Positions 17,085-30,443 of a DNA stretch of 64,000 nucleotides are shown here, piece after piece. The first letter of the stretch is position 1. The number at the start of each line of letters is the position of its first letter. Under the pieces are notes generated by a model that was given only the letters and a program-made list of their open reading frames with translations, was not told the DNA's origin and did not search any database. The position numbers and the translations under genes were made by a program. Source of the stretch: Paramecium tetraurelia (lineage: Eukaryota). The DNA is taken from contig CT867988.1 in assembly GCA_000165425.1 (NCBI GenBank), positions 217,370 to 281,369 on the forward strand, written 5' to 3'.

Positions 17085-17673
17085 TCATTTAAACTTATTG
17101 GAATATGGACTGATTTTATTCATCGTGAAGTAATCGTTTGCATAGTTTGTTTCTTTGCATAGTTTTCTTGGATAAGTGAATTTAGAGGGAGATAGACTGT
17201 GAGAATTCTAAAGGAAATAGTCTATATATATTACAACTGAATGCCATCCTAATTCTTGATTTGAAGTCTATGGAAATTAATATTTCTAACGAGGAGTTCT
17301 ATTCATTGTGTTTAATTTATCAATGATGTCCTCTAATCAATGAAAACTATTAAATTACTTTCCAAAGGTGGTGAATCATCGGTTATTTAATTAACATCGA
17401 ATGCTGGTTTGGATACGGCACCTGTTTTTTCAAGGTGCTTCTATAACATGATACTATTATTAGGTTTCTCTTGGATTATGTATACTAATGAATAACTGTT
17501 GCATGTACATTTGTGGGGATTGATTGTAAAGTGCTCATACACCTTGAGGTGCTAATTCTCCTTTCTTACAGCCTCTTACCATATTTTCATTTCCTAATGT
17601 TTTTAGATAATAAAGTTACAGCAACAGGACTACGATCTCTCTTGTTATTTTTACCAGTCTCTTGCTTAGCCAT
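17085..17673 (-). CDS. Hypothetical protein
   Basis: ATG at 17673, one short intron, TGA at 17085; no motif recognised. Confidence 0.55.
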
Positions 17674-17687
17674 TATATTTATTAATA

Positions 17688-20181
17688 ATGAAAAAGATTA
17701 ATGTTTTCGTAGTTCCTGTTCATGGGACTGTTCTTTACCCATATTAGAATTTGAAACTCAGATTAACAGAATTGTAGTTCTATGATGCCAAAGTGAATAA
17801 TAACTATGTCGCTATAGTACCAGTGGTTGACCAACAAGTGGATGGGATTTAGAGAATTCAGAGATTCAGTCAGTACGGTACTTTAGTGAGACTTACAAGC
17901 GAAGATTACACGTAATAATTTGATCGAATAACATAGAGTCTACGCTTCAAATAAAATTTACCAAGCCTTTTCATTTGCTAGAATCAAGATAGATTCTATA
18001 ATAAAATCCACTCCATATTATATGGTCTCAGCAGAAGTCTTGGGGGATGAAATAGTTGATGAATAAGGATTATGGAGTAGTTAAATAATAGACTAGTTAA
18101 AGGAATTGGCAAAAGTAAGAATTTTGGATAATTTTAGTAATATCTAGAATAATTCTAAATGAATCCAAGTCCATAGTTCCTACAAATAATACAAGAAGAG
18201 AAGAACATAAATAAATTATTCTTTACTATAGCCTCGAATGCTGATTTACCTTACAGTTAGAAGCTTAAATTATTGTAGATTGATGATCACAAAACAAAGA
18301 TCACTTTATTGATACAATATTTAAAAACTAAGGTTGAAGAGTTTGCTTAAACTAAAGCATTGGAATAGAAAGTATCAAAAGACCTCATGCAATAAATGTC
18401 TAAATAGGTTAATAAATCTAGTAATCTACCTACTAATCTTCCAGGATTCCCATATTAAAAATAAAAAAATAATGACATCGAGAAATTATAAGCCAAAATC
18501 AAAGAAGCCAACCTTCCAGATCATGTTAGAGAGATTGTTGAATAAGAAATGCAGAAAATTGAAAAAGGATCAATGGGAGTAGATTCAAATGTAACTAGAA
18601 ATTACATTGATTTGATACTTCAATTACCATGGAATTAATAAGTAGAAGAATCTTTGAGTATTGAAAAATGCAAGGAAACACTTGATGCTGATCACTTTGG
18701 ATTAACTAAAGTAAAAGAGAGAATATTATAATTCTTGGCAGTAAAGAAATTAAGAAAAGAGAGAAAAGTAGCTGATTCAAATGGCTAAGGATCAATCATC
18801 TGTTTCTTTGGTCCTCCTGGTGTTGGTAAAACTTCACTTGGCTAAAGCATTGCCAAATCTCTAAATCGTCCCTTTTATAGAATTGCCTTGGGTGGAGTAT
18901 CTGATGAAGCTCAAATCAGAGGACACAGACGTACTTATGTTGGAGCATTTCCAGGATCCTTTATTTAGGCTATCAAAAAAGTGAAATGCAAGAATCCAGT
19001 GATTTTATTGGATGAGATTGATAAATTGACATCTAATCATAGAGGTGATCCTAGTTCTGCCTTATTGGAAGTCTTAGATCCTGAGTAAAATAGTCATTTC
19101 ATGGATAATTATTTGAATATAGAATTTGATTTAAGTAGCGTATTATTTATAGCAACTGCCAATCAATTAGAAACTATTCAACCAGCATTAAGAGATCGTT
19201 TAGAATTAATAGAAATTGTTGGTTATACAGTTAAAGAGAAAGCAGCTATTGCTAATAGCTATCTGATACCTAAATAACTATAAAAAAATGGACTAGTGAA
19301 TGAATAGGTTACAATACCTTAGGAAATTATTCATAAAATAATAAAATAACACACTAGTGAAGCAGGAGTCAGATAATTGGAAAGAGTGATAGCCAAGATT
19401 TATAGAAATATTGCTCTCAAATATGTAACAGATTAATAAAACTTTAAAACCATTGTTGTAGATTAAGAAAGTTTAATTGAAATATTAGGGCCATCCATCC
19501 ATTCAGATAAGCATACTACTCCTTTAATATCAATACCTGGAGTATGTAAAGGTTTGGCATGGACTCCAGCAGGAGGTAAAGTGTTGATGATTGAATCAGT
19601 GAAAATGGAAGGCAAAGGAAAATTTGAGATTACTGGAATGTTAGGAGATGTAATGAAGGAAAGTGTAAGAACAGCAATTTGGATGGATTAAAGCATACTG
19701 GCCATAAATTAAAATACTCAGCAAATCAAATACAAATATTAACTTTGATGCACTTGATATTCATGTAATCTATATCTATTATAACTATAGATCCATTTTC
19801 CAGCTGGAGCAACTCCAAAAGATGGACCATCGGCAGGAGTAGCTATAACAACAGCAATTGTATCATTACTCACAGGATTGAAAGTGAAAAGTGATATTGC
19901 AATGACTGGTGAAATCACTTTGACAGGGAGAGTCTTACCAGTTGGAGGTATAAAAGAGAAAATTCTTGGAGCATTTGAGAGTGGCATATTTAGGTATAGT
20001 TATAATCTATTATTTTAGTGTCATAATTCCACATAGGAATAAAGCAAACTTGGTAGATGTTGAACCTGAAATTAGAGAGAAAATGTCAATTCATTTGGTG
20101 AAAACAATAGATTAAGTGCTTCAAATAGCTTTAGAAGGAAATGGTCCCAATTTCAAAATGATTAATTTAGCAAATTTGTGA
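17688..20181 (+). CDS. lon: ATP-dependent Lon protease, probably peroxisomal (LonP2-like); contains an apparent 1-nt insertion at ~19680
   Basis: GPPGVGKTS Walker [26 protein letters not shown] catalytic Ser, PVGGIKEK catalytic Lys; ends in ANL*. Confidence 0.92.
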
Positions 20182-20475
20182 AAGTCATTCAATTTAATGT
20201 TATTTTAAAATATTTAATATATAATATAATGTTGTAAAAAAGGAGATATTCTTATGTACTGATTTCTCTAATAGTTATAATTTATTTTATCAACTTTGAA
20301 TTTGAGATGAGTTCTAGAAAATTTTTATTTTAAATATTCAAAGCTTAAGAAAATTAGAACCCTCAAAGTTGAATCAGTATTATGGAATTATCAAACTCGA
20401 TTTTAAAACTGAAATTAAAAAACAGGATCATCGTTTACTAATTACATTAAATAAAATTAGATAAATTAAAAGAAT

Positions 20476-22625
20476 TCATTATTTAACTTTCTTTTAGGGC
20501 TTTTCTCCATCATGATAGTGAGGTATTCTTTTTTCTTCAACGTGACTGTTATTCAATGAACCACCTTCATCTTTTATCAACTCCGAATCATATCTATAGA
20601 ATTCCTTAATAAATGGTTCAGAATAAATTAAAGTCATACTGTTGAATGGCTGATAGAAGTCCAATTGATTTTTATGAACTACCGTTCTCTAAGTTGATGT
20701 TCTGGATAACAGACTCTCGTGATCATAGATCAATTTTTAAGGTGTATTTGGACTATGGTAATTAGTAATTAAATCTCCTTAACAGTTATTACCAATATGC
20801 TTTGATATTGTATTTGCAGTTATTTCAATAAGTTTCTATCTCAAATCGTCAGATTTTGATCTCAACAAAACCTCATTGAATTTTACCAAGATATCATAGT
20901 GTATGTGTTATAAGGTTGAACTTTTCTTAAGAATTGCTTCATGAATTTGGTTTTTAAGGATCTCTAATTAAGGTGATTTAGTAGATATTAAGAATATCAT
21001 CATTTGTACTAGATGATGTTCCAATTCAACCTCGATTTATTAGGATTTATCATTCAAATATTCCAATAGTAATTCGACTGCTTTCACAAAAACTGTGCTC
21101 TTTATAGAATTGCATCTAACCAATAAGGATGACAAATAATAAAGAGAATTGATTTTTTCAGTTTTAGAGAGTGTATTCTAAATGATAATATTAATATATT
21201 ACAGATCTTATGTTTTAGACTAACTATGAGAGAAATAACTAATTGATTCTTTGTAAGGAGTTTGGCAAAGAACAAAAGTATAGAAACACATAGTGAGCCA
21301 TTCTGTAATATTGGTTTTTTAACATAATCTCTTAGAATACTGATTGCAGCTCTCGAAATATTTTAAATATCAAATCCTCATTGAGTTCCATTTGAAATAT
21401 ACTCTTATTCGCAATTCCTAATTTGGAATCCAAATAATCAAATAATATAAATAATAAATGATCCACCTTCTTGCACATGTCATCTCTATGTTTCTTGTTC
21501 AATTGTTATTGCAAAGTGGTTTTAATAATGAAATTGTTGCATTATGGATCATACTTGATTTCTGAATCAATTTATAAAATCTTTATATAAACCATCTTAA
21601 AGATACGAGATCTGAGTTCAGGAATGCGATCACTAAGTTTCATACAATTAGTAGCATAAACTCTTTAATGAATTTCACTTTGATTCTTATGTGGAAATAG
21701 ATCAGAAAGTGTTTCTAATAATTTCTCTTTACTTAATTTATAGATTTAAATTATTTCACAAATAATTTGAATTGCAGCATCAGAATGAATATTATTACTA
21801 CTTTTAAAATATTTGTCTCTATAAATATCATTGTACAATCCATCTATTCCTTTTATGTATGAAATATCTTCTTATGTATTATCCTACAAAATCTAATTAG
21901 CTTTATACCTTTTTGATGATGTAGAAACATTTCGATTTATTTTTGGATGGGAAGTATCCATATCCAATATCTTACATACCTTTCAATTTTTCATCTGCTT
22001 TGGGATGATGAATCAATATTTCTTTAATAAATTATTTGTGAGATTCTGACAGTTTAACAATCTAATTTTCAGCAGTCAATTGATAGGCTTCAGTCATTAC
22101 CAAGATCTGCTATTACAATGCGGCTTTGCTGGGATAGGACTGGCCCATCACTTCACATGGAATATCATCTCGAGTTTATTCTGAATCGATCAGCCTGAAT
22201 AGTTAAATGATGGATGTACATTTGAAGACTCAACTTTTAGACCAAAAAACGATAGATAGTAACTAGTTACGAGGGAGACATAGACAGAATAGTGAACAAA
22301 ATCTTTTTGAATTAAGGTAAGACTTAGAAATGATTGTCAGAAGTGAACCATGGTATTTTATACAATACTATATCGATGACCATTTTGGCATCATTGCCAT
22401 TGCGTTGCAATTAAAGCAACAGCCGATTAAATAATTCAACCCACAAACCTATTTATGGTATGTCTTTATTCTTTCGGCAAACTTCTTCAATGATTTTATT
22501 CATTGAATTTGGAATTCCCTATTAAAATATATAAGAAACTCTACCTTTTATGCATCTGCATACGATTTCTACAAGTATATGAATAATTGCTCCTCTTTCT
22601 TTGCATCCTCTGGTCTCTTTTACAT
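20476..22625 (-). CDS. Hypothetical alpha-helical (possibly HEAT/ARM-like) protein
   Basis: Open frame with several tiny introns from MQKRPEDAKK to KRKVKQ*; family not recognised. Confidence 0.6.
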
Positions 22626-23169
22626 ACTTTATTTAATTAATATAATTTAAAAAAAATAAAAATGTTTTATATCATTTAATCTTTCAGCCATTTATGTTTA
22701 ATATCTAGCAATTTAAAATAATATTTGAAATTCAATTACTATTTTAATCCAACAGTTAGAATCAATTTAATTGATCATCATTCTCAAATAGAATTCTACA
22801 ATAATTAAATATTATTTATTAATCAATCTTCCAAAAAAGAATCAATATCAATATTAACAGTCATCCATTCAAATAAATGATATATCAATAGAAAATTTAT
22901 TTATTAATATATAAAATGATTACTTATATAATATATATTTGAATCATGAATATATTATCTAAATAAACCTGAACATAATATCAATTGATTTTTGAATGAT
23001 TATTTTATTAAATAATATTGTTTATTTAATAATTGAGTTTAAATGTATTGTGAGTGAATTCTAATAGGAAAGAGGGAATCTAGTTTTAAACATAGTGAAT
23101 ATATTATTTTAATTCTAATTTTAAAAATAATAAAAACATAATTTATATTATTATATAAGTGTTAATCAG

Positions 23170-24566
23170 ATGTAAAGTAAATTTATTATTGTTAAGTATT
23201 AGATTACAGATTGATAACCAAGAAGGGAGAAGGCACTTTTTCAGAGGTTCTAAAAGCTTAATCAATAAAAACTAGTTAATTGGTTGCAATAAAATGCATG
23301 AAACAAGTCTTCCAAACTATTGACTAAGTATTGTATTTTAATTCTAATATTGGTTAACAAACTCAAAGAAATTCAAGCTTTAAGAAAGTTATAAAATCAT
23401 GAACACATTATTAAATTAATCGAAGTATTATAGTAAAATATCATTCATATTAATTAGTGATGAACCTACTGGAAGATTGGCATTGGTTTTCGAATTGATG
23501 GAACAAAATCTGTATGAACATATTAAAGGTAAGAGATAACAATACATATAATTAGGTAGAAAAATACTATTAAAATAAGAGAAGATTAGGAGTTATACAT
23601 ATCAATTGCTCAAAGCCATTGATTTTATACACTCGAATAATATTTTTCACAGAGATATTAAACCGTAAGATTTGAATTGATTGGTTTTAGTGAAAATATT
23701 TTGTTGCTTGGAGATCATCTTAAATTGGCTGATTTGGGTTCGTGTAAAGGAATCTACTCCAAACATCCATATACAGAATATATCTCAACCAGATGGTATA
23801 GATCACCAGAATGCTTAATGACTGATGGTTATTATGACAGTAAAATGGATATTTGGGGTGCTGGTTGTGTCTTATTCGAGATCACAGCCTTATTTCCTTT
23901 GTTTCCTGGAAGTAACGAATTAGATTAAGTCCATCGAATACACAATATTTTGGGAACACCCAATACAAAGGTTCTTGATAGATTCAGGAAGCATGCAACT
24001 CATATGGAAATCAATTTTCCTTATAAAGTTGGAACTGGATTAGAGAATTTGATTCCACATGCTCCTAAAGATCTTGTTGATTTAATTAAATAGATGTTAG
24101 TGTATGATCCAGAAGAACGTATCAATGCAAAACAAGCACTTAGGCATCCCTACTTTAAAGAATTAAGAGATCAAGAATAGTAAAAATTATTAGAAACCAG
24201 TTTATAATCAATTAAACTTTTAAAAAAAAAGTAACCATTTTATTAAAAATAAGCGATGATTCCCTGACAGAAGAAGAGTAAAATACTTCCCATATATTGC
24301 ATAAAAAGACATTATTCAATTAAACGAATAAAATCCTATAAAATTCATTTAAGAATAAGAATATACACCTTTTGGATTCAGTGAAATTGCCAACATTAAC
24401 TAAAAAACAAGCAGACTTAAAAAAAGCATATGGTCCAACTAACTTTTAGAGTAATTATTCCTCTTTATAATTAGCTACAAAGAAAAAATCTATCTAATAT
24501 GAATACATATTATATGGGAAAAAGGCAAACTTAGGTAATTTTCTAAATACTCTCAGACATAAATGA
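23170..24566 (+). CDS. MOK: MOK/RAGE-type (LF4-like) CMGC protein kinase
   Basis: KKGEGTFSEVLKA, VAIKCMK, FHRDIKPENIL, PYTEYISTRWYRSPE, PLFPGSNELDQ; one intron appears to end in TG rather than AG. Confidence 0.9.
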
Positions 24567-24837
24567 TCATCGCATTCTGATTTATTTTTTTATTTTAATA
24601 AATTCATTATAGAAGAATTAGATAATATCTAAGAACTCACCTTATAAAGATTAAAATTATCTAAAAATGAACTTATTCAAATTATTGAATCCATAATTTA
24701 AATAATAATAAATACTAAGTTTGATTTAAATATATGATTTAGAGTAATTATTTTATAGAATTTCTTTTGTTTAGGGTTTTCAACACTTAACATTTTTATT
24801 CAAAATATGTAATTCAATTTAAAAAATAAAAAAGGTG

Positions 24838-25437
24838 TCAAAACTGAAGTTCCTGATATTTAGTAATAATGAAAGAAGGAAGCACAGCTTGATCTTTTTA
24901 AGTTTTCTTCTATAATATAGTCGTAAACTACATGTTATGATGTTGGCCTTTCAAAAATTCAATCAACTTCTATTTTCTGGTTTTTTTTTAATCTTATTAT
25001 TTATTGTAGCTTTATTATTTGTTTGGGCTGTTTTTAATAGACTAGACTGCCTACAATTCATCATTAGTTAAGTTGATGTATTCATTTGAATTCATATAAA
25101 TGCTTAAATTCTTAAATTTCTTGTAATTTTTTTTTTTATTTTTAATGCTTTTATCTGGTATTAAATGATCAAGATTATTGATGGAATATGAAATGGGTTC
25201 AATCACAAGGGATTTTCTATTTGTAACAGTAGGCAAGAGTGATTGTTAAATAGTGGAACCGTTCTTTCTAACAGAACTACTGATATTTTGATATAATGGG
25301 AATTGATTATTTTCAACAGATTTTCTTAGTCTACCACTTTAATCCTTCAAAACTTCAGGTAAACCTATAGTTTTTAAGAAGTATTTGAATTTGAAGACAG
25401 GTTTGAGTTTAGGTTTAGATCTCTAGTTAGTTAACAT
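24838..25437 (-). CDS. Hypothetical basic protein (199 aa)
   Basis: Intronless ATG-TGA frame in ciliate code. Confidence 0.6.
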
Positions 25438-25471
25438 TTATTTATTTATTATATACTTAATATATTATTGA

Positions 25472-27219
25472 TCAACGTGCTGAGATGACCAAATCATCTA
25501 TTTTCAAAATCATTCTAACGCACTCTGTAGCCAAACTTAAAGCACTTCTAGTGACTAAAATAGGTTGGACAACTTATTCGGTTGTAATATCATCGACAAT
25601 ATTATTCTAAAATAACAATTTAGATTTACTTTCTTCATTCCAATTCCTGCAAACTTTTATGATTTAAGATGTCTATTTCTCAATTCTGTTACAACATTGA
25701 TTGGATTCAAACCTAACAATTTTGTTATATCAAAATACCTGCATTTTCAGCAAGAGTGTAAGGGATGACTTCTAAAGCATCAGCAAATGCTCTAACACAC
25801 ATAGACTTGGCTCCTGTCAATGTATTAGCCATTTGGGTTAATCTTAAAGATAAATGAATTTCTGGTGCTCCTCCTCCTGGAATCAATCCTTTGCTCTTCA
25901 CTAAACTTCTAACAACACACAATGCATCATGAATGCTTCTGTCAGCCTCATCCAAGACTAATTGATTTGATCCTCTAACCAAAATAGTCAAGGCCTTAGA
26001 TTGAGCAGGGACTTTAGTGATTCTCAATACTTTGCTTTCATCATTCAAATGAACTGTTTCTACTAATCCAGCAGTACCTAGTTTTTCTGGAGTCAATTAA
26101 TCAATATGAGCAACTGGAACCAAACATAAGGTCTATACAAATATAAAATATAAATTACCTTAGAAATAAATTCAACATCATCTCTTTCAATATCCTTAAC
26201 AACCATGATGCCTTTTTTGGCCAAAAAGTGTAATGACAAATCATTAACTGCATCTCTCAAAATACTTTTTTAAATCAATAAAACATTGGCACCTGAAGCA
26301 ACTATCTTCTTGACTAAATCAATAATATATTTTCTTTCTTCTTTTAAGATTTTGTCCATTTCAGTGTAATCCTTAATGGCTATGGAGTTTTCAACATCAG
26401 TCTTGGGAGCGGATAGACAGAATTATAATAAAGCAACTTTGGCATTATTAATTTATTATGGACCTCCTGCGGCTTAACTTGCCTTTTAATTTGAAAAGAC
26501 TATGCCTTCAACTAATTCTGTGTCATCTATGGTTCCTCCTAATTTCTTCACGATCTTGATATCTTTCAAATCAACATTGTTTGGCTTTTGAGGATCGACA
26601 ATTCTTAAAACAGCATCTACTGCCAATGGAGCCAATTAAGCACTGTTTGATGAAACAACTTTTGATGAAAGTGCTGTTTAGACACACTCAATTAATTATT
26701 ATTTATTCTCTAAATCTACTGGCTTTTTCAATTCGTCCAATGCTGTAAGAGCATGCTCCAATGCAAATTAAAATCCCTCCGAAATTGTTGTTGGATGGAT
26801 TCCCTTTTCCAATAGCACCTCACATGATTTCAATAGAGCACCTGCAAATACAACTACTGAAGTTGTGCCGTCACCTGCTTCGACATCTTGGGCATTTGAA
26901 ATCTCTACCAACTTTGAATAATTAATTATTAATTCATACCATCTTAGCTGTAGGATGAACCAAATCCATTTGTTTTAAGATTGTAGCACCATCATTTGTA
27001 ATCAAGACTTAACCCTTGGCATCTTAAATCATCTTGTCCATACCTCTTGGACCTAAGCTTGTTCTTACTGCATCTGACACAGCTAATGGATTACTCTTCA
27101 TTTATCATACCTTTGGCTGCTTATATATTGGTCAATCGAATATCCTTTGTTTTTTCAGATTTGTTGAATGTATTCGACTTCTGTGCTTATGATTATCCGG
27201 CCTATGGTGCTTGACTCAT
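25472..27219 (-). CDS. CCT4: T-complex protein 1 subunit delta
   Basis: [70 protein letters not shown]. Confidence 0.96.
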
Positions 27220-27291
27220 ATTAAAAAAATTAATTTCTTTTATTTAATTTCTGGAAATTAATGTACATATATATATATTTTTAAATTTAAC

Positions 27292-27723
27292 TCAAGCTCT
27301 ATTTGGATAGAGGAATACTCTCAAAGTTGATCCTATTGCTCTTGGTGGAAGATTTCTATTGAATCGAGCAATCACTATTCCATTTGATCCATGAGATCTG
27401 CTGATTCTACCCCAAATTGTCTTCATATAAACTCATAATCCTTACTCTAAATTTAGTATTGTTTTTGAGAGAGTGAGCCTTGTAAATATAGGCAACTCGT
27501 TTGCCCCAATAGAATCTACTTGATGAAACATCATCAACATGTTGAATCTTTAATAAAGCCTAATTCTCATTTTATTAAACTTTGGACCTTCTGAAACCTG
27601 TAAATACAGCCTTAACCCACAATCTTCATCTCATAATTTAAATTACCTAACTGGTGCCTTTTTATTCACTTTGATTTTCTTGATTGTTTTAGTTGCTACT
27701 TTCTATTATTGTTCACTCTTCAT
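27292..27723 (-). CDS. RPL35A: 60S ribosomal protein L35a
   Basis: RLWVKAVFTGFRRS, FYWGKRVAYIYKA, IWGRISRSHGSNG, NLPPRAIG, LYPNRA*. Confidence 0.96.
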
Positions 27724-28319
27724 TGATTAAAATCTTAATAATTTTAATTTAAAAAATTAACCATTATATTCTAAGTATACAAATAAAAAAAGGATTACTA
27801 ATATTCCATTTTTAATAACAATTGTTTAGTATAAATGGATAGTACTTTGTGTTATCTTTATCAAATGACATAAGAATAACAATTAAATCATTTATTTGAA
27901 ATTGATGAATTATTTGATAAAAGAAATTCGATTTATTTTGATAATTTATAAATTGTAAAGAAATTAATGCATAAACTAAATTATTTAATGATGACTTAGA
28001 ATTCAATCAATTTTATTAATTTAGAACTATTTCTATAAAGTTTAAAATCAAAAATGAAAATAAAACTAACATGATATTATTCTCCAAATTTAGTTAAAAC
28101 CTCTATTTAAAAATTGAATACTACATATTATTATTTGAAATTTCTAACAGTTTATTTTTTCATTATACTCTGATATATGATACATTTTGGTGAAATCTCT
28201 ATTATTATGCCAGGTAAGTATTTGATCATAACTTGATAAAGCAAAATTATACATTTAATTTATATGTGAATTACACCATAACTATTTCAGTATATTGGTG
28301 TATTATATTATAAATAATA

Positions 28320-30029
28320 ATGATTCAAGCATTATCCAAAATCGATCCAATTTAATAGTATTATGTCAATGATCATTATGTTCACTCAATATCAGCTAAA
28401 GAATTTAGGACAAATCAATCATATTCACCAAAAGCATTAATTTAAGGTTATTGGAAGAAGGATTATTAAACATTAATGGCACTAAATTGTTCAACTGAAG
28501 AATAAAGAATTATTTTGCCATAAATTAGTGCAAAATCATATTAAATCAGTGATACTAAATTAGAAAAGGAATCATTTGAAACTACTAATAGTTTTAACAA
28601 GAATATTTGCGCTGATCTTATATTATAAAAATATAAAATAAAACCAGGAAATGGCAATATCTAATAATAAAGGAAAGAAAAAGAATAATTTAAATTACCT
28701 GGCAAACTTATTAAAGGTAGTTTTCAGTAGTACAATAAGAATATTGGAACTCGAATTTATAAAAAATATAACAACGAATTGTCTATTGAACGTTTAGATA
28801 TCAAACAATAACTCACTCCAAAACCAGTAATTCAGTCTACTCCTCCTAGCAACTGTTCATTAGATTGCTAAATTAACCAAATCAAACCCTTATTTGAATT
28901 ATCGAAACCCATTAAAATTTAATTTAATAAACCATTAACTCCTAATCCTATTCCAGAATAAACTATTAGAAAAGAATTCATCAACAAAGTTCAATTGAAG
29001 CCTTTGCTCATAAGAACTATCAATTAATAGATCTCTAATCTAGCAATACTACAATTTGATGAATTACTTGGGTTTTGTGAGGGAAGTTACTATGGTTTAT
29101 AATCTGATTTTGTCTAAAGTGATCTTTATTTTGAGTATTAAAATACAAAGGAGCATTACTTCTAGAAATTATTGCAAAATTAATAAGTCTATGTCTTAAA
29201 AAACCTAAAAGAAGCCTTATTATCCATTTCGAAGATATATCAAATAATTTTGATTACTGAAAATATGTAAAAATAATTAGTTGAATATGTCAACTTGAAT
29301 AAATTGCCTATTAGTGCAATATATTAGATTAAATCATCTAATGTAGCATTTATTGGAATAAAAACAATTGATTGCTATTAGATTATGAAAGATATCTAAA
29401 TAAAAAAATTAAATAAGATTGCTTTAATTTAGACATATGAGTTATTATATAAAACAAATGATGCTATTAAATAAATATAGGAATAAAACATCTTATACCC
29501 TTATGAAAATGAAACTCGTTCTGATCATTTTTTTGTTTTAATGCTACCAAGCTTGTGTATGCAAGGTCTCTTGAAAACAGAATAACAACAATCTAAATTA
29601 TTCTTGCATTCTCTATACTTTATTGAACAATTTTGTTAATCAATATTGTTTGACAATGTTAAGGATAACGGAGCATAAAAAATACATCCATTATTATTGC
29701 AAGATCACTATAAAGATTTAATTGATATAATCAGTATTAAAATCTAGAATATTGATACGTTAAAACAATAACCATTAATTTAATAATAGAGATATTCCAA
29801 AAAAGAAATGATTGCAAGAATATCTGAAAAATTTGAAAATCAATAAAAGTTCTAAGAGTTGTCATAAGATCTTGTTTTAAGAAATAAAAAAATAATAAAG
29901 AGAATTAGTAGATACAAATAAGAGTAGTTGAATGTTCTTTAAATTGTGAAGGATTAACTCATAAAAGAACATGAATTACTTCATTATTGTAAAAAATTAC
30001 TTGATAATTGTTATTATATTATTTTTTGA
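28320..30029 (+). CDS. Hypothetical 569 aa protein, possibly with a degenerate PP2C-like domain
   Basis: Intronless ATG-TGA frame; weak resemblance to PP2C motifs. Confidence 0.65.
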
Positions 30030-30443
30030 AAAATATACACACTAAAATATTAAATACAATATTCAATTTTTATACCTTCTAATAAAATTTATATAATTTA
30101 TTGAAATAATCATTTCAACTGATAATTGATGAACAAACTGAAATGAAAATCATTAGATTTTTAAACTTATTAATATTAATTATATAAACAATAGTTAAAC
30201 TTAGATTTTTTTCACTGAATTTAAATATATTATTACTTAAAACTCTTTTAAATAATATCATTATCAGCATTTCGTTAATTTTCAAATTCTAAATTTGTTT
30301 TTTGGTTATCGTTATGCATAAATTCTTAAAAATATTTATATGAAAACTGATGTGAGAATTAAAAAGTATCTAATTATAAGTCAAAGATTCAAAATTTATT
30401 TTAGTGAAGTTGTCTTGATTTATGATAAAATAAATGAAAAAGC

